Below are positions 35,910 to 43,915 of a DNA stretch of 48,655 nucleotides, in pieces. The translations under genes were made by a program, and so were the position numbers. Each line of letters opens with the position of its first letter. Positions within the stretch are counted from its first letter, which is position 1. This stretch comes from Patescibacteria group bacterium. Its GTDB lineage: Bacteria > Patescibacteriota > Minisyncoccia > UBA6257 > HR35. Location: assembly GCA_040290225.1 (NCBI GenBank), contig PSMS01000001.1, positions 1 to 48,655 on the forward strand. The letters run 5' to 3'. The notes under the pieces were generated by a model, which worked only from the letters and a program-made list of their open reading frames with translations, searched no databases and was not told the origin of the DNA.

Positions 35910-36068
35910 ATGAGACCAATGCAAAAAAGAAAAATGTATACTCCTAGGGAAGGAGAAACCTGGATTTGTGCTAAATGTGGGAAGCCCATTGATTCACTTC
36001 CTTTTGTTCCTTCCAAGGACAGGCCAGTCTATCACAGGGAATGCCTTCCTCCTCGGGAAAATAGATAG
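35910..36068 (+). CDS. Small (52 aa) basic zinc-ribbon protein, CxxC...HxxC (below the ORF track size cutoff)
   Basis: My translation is MRPMQKRKMYTPREGETWICAKCGKPIDSLPFVPSKDRPVYHRECLPPRENR. GAGGGG lies just upstream of the ATG, and local GC is elevated. The pattern CxxCGxxxxxLPFxPxxxRPVYxxxC recalls a stand-alone or helicase-appended zinc ribbon. Confidence 0.55.
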   Translation: MRPMQKRKMYTPREGETWICAKCGKPIDSLPFVPSKDRPVYHRECLPPRENR

Positions 36069-36761
36069 TTATTTAAAATAAATTTTTTTGGGAATTCGAA
36101 GATCTATTCTTTTTATTGATCCTAAAGATTTTTTCTTTTCATATTGGAGGAAAATATAAAGTTTTTTAATTTGTTCCTCAATGTCTTTATTTGGATCTAA
36201 AAGGTAAATTCTGTTGTTTTTGTCTAAAAAACTTAGATCAAAGTTTGAATAGATAGTAATTTCTTTTATAGGAAAATTATAAAAATTTGAAAACTCAAAT
36301 AGCAAACTGAAAAGTTTAGTTAATTTTGGATTGAGCAAAGAATTGTTTTTAATTGACTTGTAAGAAACAATTTTTATTTTTTTTCCATCATCAAAATTAA
36401 TATCTAAAATTCTTCCATAATTGTCTAAATAAAAAATTTTATTATTCCTTTTATCATAAATTTGAGCAATTATTTCGCTTTTTTTAATTTTTACTATCAA
36501 TTTTCTATTCCAAAAATCAGGAATTAATTCAGCACTTATAATTTCCTTATTTTCCTTTAAGAATTTTTTAAGATTTAAAATAACAATTAAGGGACTTTTA
36601 TTTAAAAAGTATTTTTCTGCTAATTTTTCTATTTCTGGAGGATCTACTTGAATTTTAGTGATTTTAAAAAATAATAAAGAGTATAATAAAATTATTGTTA
36701 GCGAAATATAGAATAAAAAATTAAAAATTTTTGAAAATTTATTTTTTCTTTTCTTTTTCAT
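36069..36761 (-). CDS. ftsQ: FtsQ/DivIB-like cell-division protein (TM + POTRA-like)
   Basis: Basic N-terminus, TM (IFNFLFYISLTIILLYSLLFF), then a beta-rich ectodomain (KITKIQVD..., YLDNYGRIL, RIDLRIPKKIYF). Confidence 0.55.
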   Translation of the reverse strand: MKKKRKNKFSKIFNFLFYISLTIILLYSLLFFKITKIQVDPPEIEKLAEKYFLNKSPLIVILNLKKFLKENKEIISAELIPDFWNRKLIVKIKKSEIIAQIYDKRNNKIFYLDNYGRILDINFDDGKKIKIVSYKSIKNNSLLNPKLTKLFSLLFEFSNFYNFPIKEITIYSNFDLSFLDKNNRIYLLDPNKDIEEQIKKLYIFLQYEKKKSLGSIKRIDLRIPKKIYFK

Positions 36762-36776
36762 TAATAAAATTTTACA

Positions 36777-38027
36777 ATGATAGATCTAAAAGATTTAATT
36801 AATAATCCTCAAAAATATAAAGAAGCTTTAATTTTAAGAGGTTGGCAGGATACAAGCATTATTGATGAAATTTTAAATCTCAAAGAAAGAATTAATCAGT
36901 TGATTAAAAAAAGAGATGATCTTAGATTTTTTATCAACAAACATTCAGAAACAAAACCATCAGAAGAAATTATCAAATTAATAAGAGAAAAAAAAGAAGA
37001 ATTAAAAAACTTAGAAGATGAAATAGGAAATTTAGAAAGAGAATTAGAAGAAAAATTGGATTTAATTCCTAATGTTCCTGCTCCTGATGTTCCTAAAGGA
37101 AAAGACGAAAATGATAATGTTGTTTTAAAAGTAGTTGGTGAAATTTTTAATTTTAATTTTCAACCAAAAGATCATTTAGAATTGGGAAAAGAATTCGATT
37201 TAATTGATACTGAAAAAGCAGGTGAAATTGCTGGTTCAAGATTTTACTATCTTAAAAACGAGGCAGTTTTATTAGAAATAGCTTTAATTAAATTTGTTTA
37301 TGATACTCTTTTACCTTATGGATTTACTCCAATAATTCCTCCTTATTTTATAAAAGAGAAATATTATCGAGGTATGGGAAGAATAACAGGAACTGATCGA
37401 GATGAAAGATATTATTTAGAAAAAGACGATTTATTTTTAATTGGAAGTGCTGAACATACTATCGGCCCTTATCATGCTAATGAAATTTTAGACGAAGATG
37501 AATTACCCAAAAGATATTTAGGTTTTTCTCCTTGTTTTCGAAGGGAAGCTGGAAGTTATGGAAAGGATGTTAAAGGAATTTTAAGAACTCATCAATTTGA
37601 AAAAGTAGAAATGTTTAGCTTCACTTTACCTGAAAAATCAGAAGAAGAACACCAATTTTTATTATCTATGGAAGAAAAAATTCTTCAAGCCCTAGAACTT
37701 CCTTATCGAGTTGTTTTTATTTGTACTGGTGATATGGGAAGAACAGATTACAAACAATATGATATCGAAGTTTGGCTTCCTGGTCAAAATAGATATCAGG
37801 AAACTCATTCTTGTTCTAATACAACTGATTATCAGGCTCGAGGAATAAATGCTCGGTTTCGAAGAAAAAATGGAAAAGTTGAGTATTTGCATATGCTTAA
37901 CGCAACCGCTTTAGCAATAGGTAGAGCGATTGTTGCTATTTTAGAAAATTATCAAAGAGAAAAATATATTGAAATACCTAAAGTTCTTGTTCCTTATTTA
38001 GGTTTTGATAGAATAGAAAAAAGATGA
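36777..38027 (+). CDS. serS: Seryl-tRNA synthetase
   Basis: N-terminal coiled coil. Class II motifs GSRFYYLKNE, FRREAGSYGKDVKGILRTHQFEKVE and NATALAIGRAIVAILEN. Confidence 0.94.
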   Translation: MIDLKDLINNPQKYKEALILRGWQDTSIIDEILNLKERINQLIKKRDDLRFFINKHSETKPSEEIIKLIREKKEELKNLEDEIGNLERELEEKLDLIPNVPAPDVPKGKDENDNVVLKVVGEIFNFNFQPKDHLELGKEFDLIDTEKAGEIAGSRFYYLKNEAVLLEIALIKFVYDTLLPYGFTPIIPPYFIKEKYYRGMGRITGTDRDERYYLEKDDLFLIGSAEHTIGPYHANEILDEDELPKRYLGFSPCFRREAGSYGKDVKGILRTHQFEKVEMFSFTLPEKSEEEHQFLLSMEEKILQALELPYRVVFICTGDMGRTDYKQYDIEVWLPGQNRYQETHSCSNTTDYQARGINARFRRKNGKVEYLHMLNATALAIGRAIVAILENYQREKYIEIPKVLVPYLGFDRIEKR

Positions 38028-38425
38028 AAAAATTTGAATTTTTATCTCATACGGCTGATCAGAAATTTAAGATTTATGGAAAAAATTTAAAAGAATTGAT
38101 TATTAATTCGCTTTTAGCTTTAAAAAGTTTTTTCAAACCAAAATTAACAAAAAGTAAAATAGAAAAAGAAATAAAAATAAAAAACGAAAAAACTGAAATT
38201 CTTTTAATAGATTTTCTTTCAGAAGTTTTAGCCCAAACTTATATTGAAAAAGCAATTTTTACTGATTTTCAAGAAAAAAACTTGAATTCAAAATTAATTG
38301 AAGGAAAAATTTTAGGTTTTTATTTTATCAAACTTACTAAAGACATTAAAGCAATTACTTATCATCAAGCTAAAATTGAAAAAATTAATAATTTATTTAC
38401 TTTCGAATTTATCGTCGATATTTAA
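38024..38425 (+). CDS. Archease (RtcB activator family)
   Basis: FEFLSHTADQKFKIYGKNLKEL, KAITYHQAKIE, and the C-terminal FIVDI. These match the archease hallmarks (HTAD, KAITYH, xDI end). ATGA overlap with serS. Confidence 0.85.
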   Translation: MKKFEFLSHTADQKFKIYGKNLKELIINSLLALKSFFKPKLTKSKIEKEIKIKNEKTEILLIDFLSEVLAQTYIEKAIFTDFQEKNLNSKLIEGKILGFYFIKLTKDIKAITYHQAKIEKINNLFTFEFIVDI

Positions 38426-38437
38426 ATTTAATAAATA

Positions 38438-39382
38438 ATGAAAAAAGTAATTACTTTGGGTTCAGCTGTTTTGGATATTATTTTGAAAACAAAAGAAACT
38501 AAAGATCCTGATTGGGGCGAAAAAATAGAAATTGATGATTTTGATTTTTCTTTAGGAGGAGGGGCTTTAAATGTAGCTGTTAGTCTTTCTAAACTTGGTT
38601 TAGATGTTTCTTCTTATTTTCATTTAGGAAAAGATTTTATAGGAAATATTTTGAAAACAAAATTGAAAAAGTTAAAAATTAAAAAAAATATTTTTTATCA
38701 TAAAAAAAGTACAAGTTTTTCAATAATTATTTTACCACCCCAAGGAGAAAGGATTATTTATGTTTTTAGAGGTAAAGAAACAAATTTTACGAAAAATGAA
38801 TTAAATAAAATTAAAAAATCTCAATATTATTATATTTCACCTGGAAAAACATTACCCCAAGATTTAACTTATTTTTTAAAAAAAATAAAAAAAGAATCAA
38901 AATTGATTGCAATTAATCCTTCAAAAGTTTTTTTGAAATCAAAAAATTTTATTAACTCTTTAAGACTTTGTGATTTAATTTTTGTTAATGAAGAAGAATT
39001 AAGAATAATTAAAAATAATAAAGTCGATACTCTTAATTTAGGAAAAGAAATTTTTAATTTAATTCAACCTAAGATTTTAGTTGTTACTTTAGGTCAAAGA
39101 GGTTCTTTGACTTATTTTCAAGACAAAATCTTTTTTGGAAGTATTTTTAAACCCAATCGAGTAATTGATAAAACTGGAGCCGGTGATGCTTTTGCTTCAG
39201 CATTTTTTGGTTGTTTAGTTTTAAATGACAAAGTTAATGAAGAAATAATAAAAAAAGCAATAATATGGGGATCAGCTAATTCTTCTTCAGTTATTCAAAA
39301 ATTGGGAGCTCAAAACGGAATTTTAGATAAAAAAGATTATTACAAATTCGAAAAAAAGAAATTTGAAATCAAAATTATATAA
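38438..39382 (+). CDS. PfkB-family carbohydrate/nucleoside kinase (ribokinase-like)
   Basis: GSAVLDI, GGGALNVA and the C-terminal DKTGAGDAFASAFF signature. Confidence 0.8.
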   Translation: MKKVITLGSAVLDIILKTKETKDPDWGEKIEIDDFDFSLGGGALNVAVSLSKLGLDVSSYFHLGKDFIGNILKTKLKKLKIKKNIFYHKKSTSFSIIILPPQGERIIYVFRGKETNFTKNELNKIKKSQYYYISPGKTLPQDLTYFLKKIKKESKLIAINPSKVFLKSKNFINSLRLCDLIFVNEEELRIIKNNKVDTLNLGKEIFNLIQPKILVVTLGQRGSLTYFQDKIFFGSIFKPNRVIDKTGAGDAFASAFFGCLVLNDKVNEEIIKKAIIWGSANSSSVIQKLGAQNGILDKKDYYKFEKKKFEIKII

Positions 39383-39388
39383 ATAAAA

Positions 39389-40687
39389 ATGATTGACATT
39401 TTAAAAGATTTAATTTTAAGGTTTTTTTATACTTATGAAAATTTTAAATCAACGATATGGCTTTATTTAACAGTTACTGTTTCTAATTTATTCTTTGTTA
39501 TTGCTTTTATTTACATTGCTCAATTTTATGAAGTTAAAGAATTTGGTCTTTTTAATTATTTATTTGCTTTTTTTAGTTTATTTTTTCTTCTTTCAGATTT
39601 TGGAACTCATGAAAATTTTGTTAGAGATTACCAATTAGTTAAAGATGAGAAAGAAAAAATAAAATTAATAAATAACGCTTTTATTTTTAAATTAACAATA
39701 AATATTTTTTTAATAATCCTGGCTTCGGCTATTTATTTTGTTTTAAAAGAATTTAAAAATAAAACCACTTATTTTTTAATTATTATCTATTTTATTTTAA
39801 GTAGCCTTAGAGGCTTTTTCCATAGTTTTTTCATTGCTCGTCAAGAAACAAAAAAACTATTTTTGCCAACTTTTTTCGAAGCTTTAATTTCACTTATTTT
39901 TCTAATAATTTTTTCAAGTTTTCAAAAAACTATTTTTTCTATTTTTTTAAGCCTTATTTTAGGAAACATTGTTTCAGTCATTTTTTTATTTTTCTTTTTT
40001 AAGAGATATTATTCTTTTAATTTAAATTTTTATGATAGAAATCAATTTATTTATTTTTTGAAAAATGGATTTCCCCTGGTTTTGTTTGGTAGTTTGACAT
40101 ATATTTTCTTTGAATCTGATAAAATTTTCTTAGCTCATTATCGGGAATTTGAAGATGTCGCCTATTTTAGCGCCGTTACTAGAATAATTTATGTAATTAT
40201 TAGTCTTATTTATGTTTTTTACACAGCTTTTTATCCTTTCCTTTCAAAAAATATAAATTCTTATAGATCAATGAAAAGAATATTTAAAAATATGATTTTT
40301 TTAAGCTTTCTTCTTGGTTCCCTTTTTTCTTTTTTAACTTTTATTCTTTCACCAATTTTAATAAAAATAATTTACGGACCAAATTATTTAGTTTCAATTT
40401 CAATTTTAAGATTATATTCATTAATTTTAATTCCTTTAGCAATTGTAATTTTCTTTGATAATTTTCTTGTAAGTACTAAAAACCAAATCCTTGATTTTTA
40501 TATAACTCTTATTCCTGCTTTTTTCAATATTTTTCTTAATTTTATTTTAATCCCTCGGTTTGGAATAAATGGTGCTATTGTTTCAAATTATTCAGCTCAA
40601 ATTTTAAACTTAATTTTAAGTTTTTTTGTTTCTTACTATGTTTTATTAAAATTAGAAAAAAATGAAAAATTTGCTTTTAAAGCTTAA
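39389..40687 (+). CDS. Wzx-like polysaccharide/lipid-linked oligosaccharide flippase (MOP superfamily), paralog 1
   Basis: About 12-14 TM helices. EFGLFNYLFAFFSLFFLLSDFG, and RFGINGAIVSNYSAQILN near the C-terminus. Confidence 0.7.
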   Translation: MIDILKDLILRFFYTYENFKSTIWLYLTVTVSNLFFVIAFIYIAQFYEVKEFGLFNYLFAFFSLFFLLSDFGTHENFVRDYQLVKDEKEKIKLINNAFIFKLTINIFLIILASAIYFVLKEFKNKTTYFLIIIYFILSSLRGFFHSFFIARQETKKLFLPTFFEALISLIFLIIFSSFQKTIFSIFLSLILGNIVSVIFLFFFFKRYYSFNLNFYDRNQFIYFLKNGFPLVLFGSLTYIFFESDKIFLAHYREFEDVAYFSAVTRIIYVIISLIYVFYTAFYPFLSKNINSYRSMKRIFKNMIFLSFLLGSLFSFLTFILSPILIKIIYGPNYLVSISILRLYSLILIPLAIVIFFDNFLVSTKNQILDFYITLIPAFFNIFLNFILIPRFGINGAIVSNYSAQILNLILSFFVSYYVLLKLEKNEKFAFKA

Positions 40688-41930
40688 AAATAATAAATTT
40701 CTTTTTCAAAATACATTTTGGTTTTATCTTTCAGAATTTGTTAGTAAAGCTTCCCGTTTTTTTGTTTTTATTATCATTGCTCGAATTTTGGGTAGGGAAG
40801 AATTTGGAGTTTTTAATTATGTCTTAGCTCTGCTTTCTTTATTTTTTTTATTTTCTGATTTTGGTTTAGGTGATATTTTGATTAGAGATTTTCAACAAAA
40901 AGAAAACAAAGAAAAAATTATTAAAGAAACATTTACTTTAAAATTTTATTTAAATATTGTAATTTTTTTGATCTCCTTTTTAGGATTATTTTTTTTAAAA
41001 GACTTTTCTAAATTATTTCTTCTTTATCTTATTTTAGGTCTTTATTTTATTTTTAATAATCTTCGTTTGCATTTTAATTCTTTGTTTTTAACTTCTTTTA
41101 AGGCTTTTAATATTTTTATTTTGAATTTGGTTGAGGGATTTCTTTTAATATTTTCTCTTTTAATATTTTCTTTATTTTTCAAATCAGCCTTAGCTATTGG
41201 TTTAGGTTATTTATTTAGCGCTTTTTTAATATTTTCATTTTCTTATTTTGTTTATCAAAAAAATTTTAAATTCAAACTGAAAGAAAAAATAAATCAAATA
41301 AATATTTTTTATTATTTTAAAAATGGTCTTCCTTTAGTTTTTTTTGGTTTGTTAGGTTATGTTTTTTTCACTACTGATCAGATAATCATAGGACATTTCA
41401 GGTCTTTTTCTGAGTTAGGTATTTATAGTGTGGCTTCTAAAATAATTTTATCTTTAGTTCCGATTGGTGCTCTTCTTTCTTCAGCTATTTTTCCTTATAT
41501 TTCTCGAAAAATTTATAATTATCAAGAAATTAAAAAATATTTTTTTATTTTTATTTACCTTGAATTAATTTTAGCATTTTTAACTGTTGTTTTTTGTTAT
41601 TTATTTTCTCCCTTTCTTATAGGCCTTGCTTTTGGAAAGGAATTTTTAGATTCTTTACCATTAATTTATATTCTTATTTGGATACTTGTTTTTATGTTTC
41701 CAGTTCAGTTTTTAGATAAACTTCTTTTTTCTTATAATAAACAATGGCTTGATTTTTGGTTAACACTAATTCCAGCAATTTTGAATTTGATTTTAAATAT
41801 TTATCTTGTTCCAATTTATGGAGTTTATGGAGCTATTTTTTCAAGTATTGTTTCCCAAATACTTAACTTTGTCTTAACCTTTTCTGCTTCTTATTATGTA
41901 ATTGAAAAATACTCTAAAAATTTGGTATAA
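40662..41930 (+). CDS. Wzx-like flippase (MOP superfamily), paralog 2
   Basis: Collinear with paralog 1: EFGVFNYVLALLSLFFLFSDFG...IYGVYGAIFSSIVSQILN. 26-nt overlap with paralog 1. Confidence 0.7.
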   Translation: MKNLLLKLKNNKFLFQNTFWFYLSEFVSKASRFFVFIIIARILGREEFGVFNYVLALLSLFFLFSDFGLGDILIRDFQQKENKEKIIKETFTLKFYLNIVIFLISFLGLFFLKDFSKLFLLYLILGLYFIFNNLRLHFNSLFLTSFKAFNIFILNLVEGFLLIFSLLIFSLFFKSALAIGLGYLFSAFLIFSFSYFVYQKNFKFKLKEKINQINIFYYFKNGLPLVFFGLLGYVFFTTDQIIIGHFRSFSELGIYSVASKIILSLVPIGALLSSAIFPYISRKIYNYQEIKKYFFIFIYLELILAFLTVVFCYLFSPFLIGLAFGKEFLDSLPLIYILIWILVFMFPVQFLDKLLFSYNKQWLDFWLTLIPAILNLILNIYLVPIYGVYGAIFSSIVSQILNFVLTFSASYYVIEKYSKNLV

Positions 41931-41938
41931 TTCATTTT

Positions 41939-42292
41939 ATGGAGAAAATAATTTTAGATGCTGAAAATAAATCTTTAGGTAGATTAGCTACTGAAATTTC
42001 TCGATATTTACAAGGCAAACATCGTGTTGATTATGATCCTAGTAAAGATTTTCCTGTATATGTTTATATTAAAAATTTAGAAAAAGCAAAATTTACAGGT
42101 AAAAAATTTGATCAAAAAGTTTTTTACAAGCACACTGGCTATATTGGCCACTTAAAAGAAATTCCTTTAAAATTATTATGGGATAAAAATAAATTAAAAG
42201 CTTTACAACTTATAGTTAGTCGGATGCTTCCCAAAAATAAATTAAGAAAAAGAAGAATTAAAAGAATTAAATTAGTTAATAACAATGAGTAA
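41939..42292 (+). CDS. rplM: 50S ribosomal protein L13 (short, 117 aa)
   Basis: LDAENKSLGRLATEISRYLQGKH, YKHTGYIGHLKE and VSRMLPKNKL. Confidence 0.9.
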   Translation: MEKIILDAENKSLGRLATEISRYLQGKHRVDYDPSKDFPVYVYIKNLEKAKFTGKKFDQKVFYKHTGYIGHLKEIPLKLLWDKNKLKALQLIVSRMLPKNKLRKRRIKRIKLVNNNE

Positions 42293-42788
42293 TCAAAAAG
42301 AAGTTCAAGTTTTAGAAGAAAAGTTGGAAAATATAACTGAAGAAACTGAAAAGACAAACCTTGTTTTTCCTAAAATTGGTAAGGATCGTTATCTTGAAGG
42401 AATTGGAAGAAGAAAAGAGGCAACTGCTCGAGTAAGAATTTATGATTCGCCAAGAAAAACAAAAGATTTTGATATTAAAATCAACGGTCTAGATTATGAA
42501 GAATATTTTAGCAATTTAATTGAATTTAGAAAAATTGTTAATGCTCCACTTAGAAAAATAAAAGCCTTAGGAGTTTATAAAGTAACTGTTTTAGTAAAAG
42601 GAGGAGGTTTAAGGGGTCAAGCTGAAGCTATAAGACTTGGTCTAGCTCGAGCTTTAGTAAAATTAAATCCTGAATGGAAACCTAAATTTAAAAAAGCTGG
42701 TTTTCTTACAAGAGATCCAAGAGAGGTTGAAAGAAAGAAATACGGATTGAAAAAAGCTAGAAAATCTCCTCAATGGCATAAAAGATAG
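42285..42788 (+). CDS. rpsI: 30S ribosomal protein S9 (with an acidic N-terminal extension of about 35 aa)
   Basis: GIGRRKEATARVRI, VKGGGLRGQAEAIRLGLARAL, LTRDPREVERKKYGLKKARKSPQWHKR. Confidence 0.93.
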   Translation: MSNQKEVQVLEEKLENITEETEKTNLVFPKIGKDRYLEGIGRRKEATARVRIYDSPRKTKDFDIKINGLDYEEYFSNLIEFRKIVNAPLRKIKALGVYKVTVLVKGGGLRGQAEAIRLGLARALVKLNPEWKPKFKKAGFLTRDPREVERKKYGLKKARKSPQWHKR

Positions 42789-42808
42789 ATTTTGTCGTAA
42801 AATTTTAT

Positions 42809-43915
42809 TTGATGAAATTAAAATCAATTTATATTGATAAATTCCTTTTAATAATTGTTATTATTCTTTCATTAATAGGTTTAATTAATTTTTTTAGCGC
42901 CTCTTCTTATTATTCTTTTGTTAAAACTGGTAATTCGTTTAAATATTTTTTTGATTTTTTTCTCAAAACAACGGTTTTAGGTTTTTTTGCTTTTTTTGTA
43001 GGAAATTTTTTAGGAAATAATTTTCAAAAATCAAAACCATTATTTTTAATTCTATTTATAATTAGTTATATAAGCTTATATTTAGTCTTTTTGCAGCCTT
43101 TTTCTGTTCAGGTTGGTGAAGCTCGAAGATGGGTAAAAATTGGACCAATAAATTTTCAACCAGCTGAAATTTTAAAACCTTTTGCTTTATTAATTTTTAT
43201 TTTTTTTCTCTCCTCTAACCCCCTATCTTCTTTTAAAGCCAAATTAGTTTTCATCTTTATTTTTTTTCTTATTATTGCTCTTCCAATTTTTAAACAACCA
43301 GCAATGACTAATCTTTTAATTATTCTATCTTCTTTAATTTTTGCTTCTTTTATTTTTTTAAAAAACATTAGAGAATATTTAAAAGTAATAATATTTTTTG
43401 GTATTTTGGGTTTAATTTTTGTTATTGTTGGAAGTTTTCTTTGGAGTTATCGAATTGAAAGAATCAAAGCTTTTTTTACTGGTGGTAAAGTTCATGAAGA
43501 AAAGATTTTTCAATTAAAGCAAACAACCATAGCAATTTCTTCTGGAGGATTATTAGGAAAAGGATTAGGAAAATCACAAATGAAGCTTTTAGATATACCA
43601 AGATTATTAGATGATTCAATTTTTGCTATTTTTGCTGAGGAATGGGGATTTGTTGGTTCAGTTTTTCTTTTATCTCTTTTTTTGCTTTTAATTTTTAGAA
43701 TAATAACCCTAGCGCATCAAACTAATAATTTAGAGAAAAAAGCATTTGCTTTAGGAGTGGCTGCTTGGATATTTTTACAAACTTTTATTCATATAATATC
43801 TAATATAGGCCTTTTTGTTCCCACCGGAGTTGTTTTGCCATTTTTTAGTTGGGGAGCTTCAAGTCAAATAGCAATTTATTTTAGCCTCGGTTTAATTAGT
43901 AGTTTTAAAACATGA
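42809..43915 (+). CDS. ftsW: SEDS-family peptidoglycan glycosyltransferase FtsW/RodA (the track start is TTG; the ATG at 42812 is likely)
   Basis: 10-TM profile, NFQPAEILKPF, DDSIFAIFAEEWGFVG and PFFSWGASSQIA. Confidence 0.85.
   Translation: MMKLKSIYIDKFLLIIVIILSLIGLINFFSASSYYSFVKTGNSFKYFFDFFLKTTVLGFFAFFVGNFLGNNFQKSKPLFLILFIISYISLYLVFLQPFSVQVGEARRWVKIGPINFQPAEILKPFALLIFIFFLSSNPLSSFKAKLVFIFIFFLIIALPIFKQPAMTNLLIILSSLIFASFIFLKNIREYLKVIIFFGILGLIFVIVGSFLWSYRIERIKAFFTGGKVHEEKIFQLKQTTIAISSGGLLGKGLGKSQMKLLDIPRLLDDSIFAIFAEEWGFVGSVFLLSLFLLLIFRIITLAHQTNNLEKKAFALGVAAWIFLQTFIHIISNIGLFVPTGVVLPFFSWGASSQIAIYFSLGLISSFKT

Noticed and set aside
35822-36016. 64-aa track ORF on the minus strand
   Set aside because: It overlaps the plus-strand 52-aa zinc-ribbon ORF, which has a recognisable CxxC...HxxC motif, a Shine-Dalgarno-like GAGGGG and an upstream promoter. 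The minus-strand product has no motif, and its start would sit inside the promoter region.
1969-43368. Other short antisense or overlapping track ORFs: 1969-2280, 3401-3610, 3738-3923, 4619-4822, 5638-5853, 6226-6447, 8570-8779, 11011-11196, 17386-17571, 25452-25673, 26190-26384, 29506-29718, 32624-32806, 37692-37892, 42139-42357, 43156-43368
   Set aside because: Each lies entirely within a confidently identified conserved gene (nusA, M23, rsmA, the ATPase, rtcB, the dsbA-like gene, rpoB, gyrA, ftsH, gyrB, serS, rplM/rpsI, ftsW). Their low-complexity translations are typical of AT-rich antisense frames.
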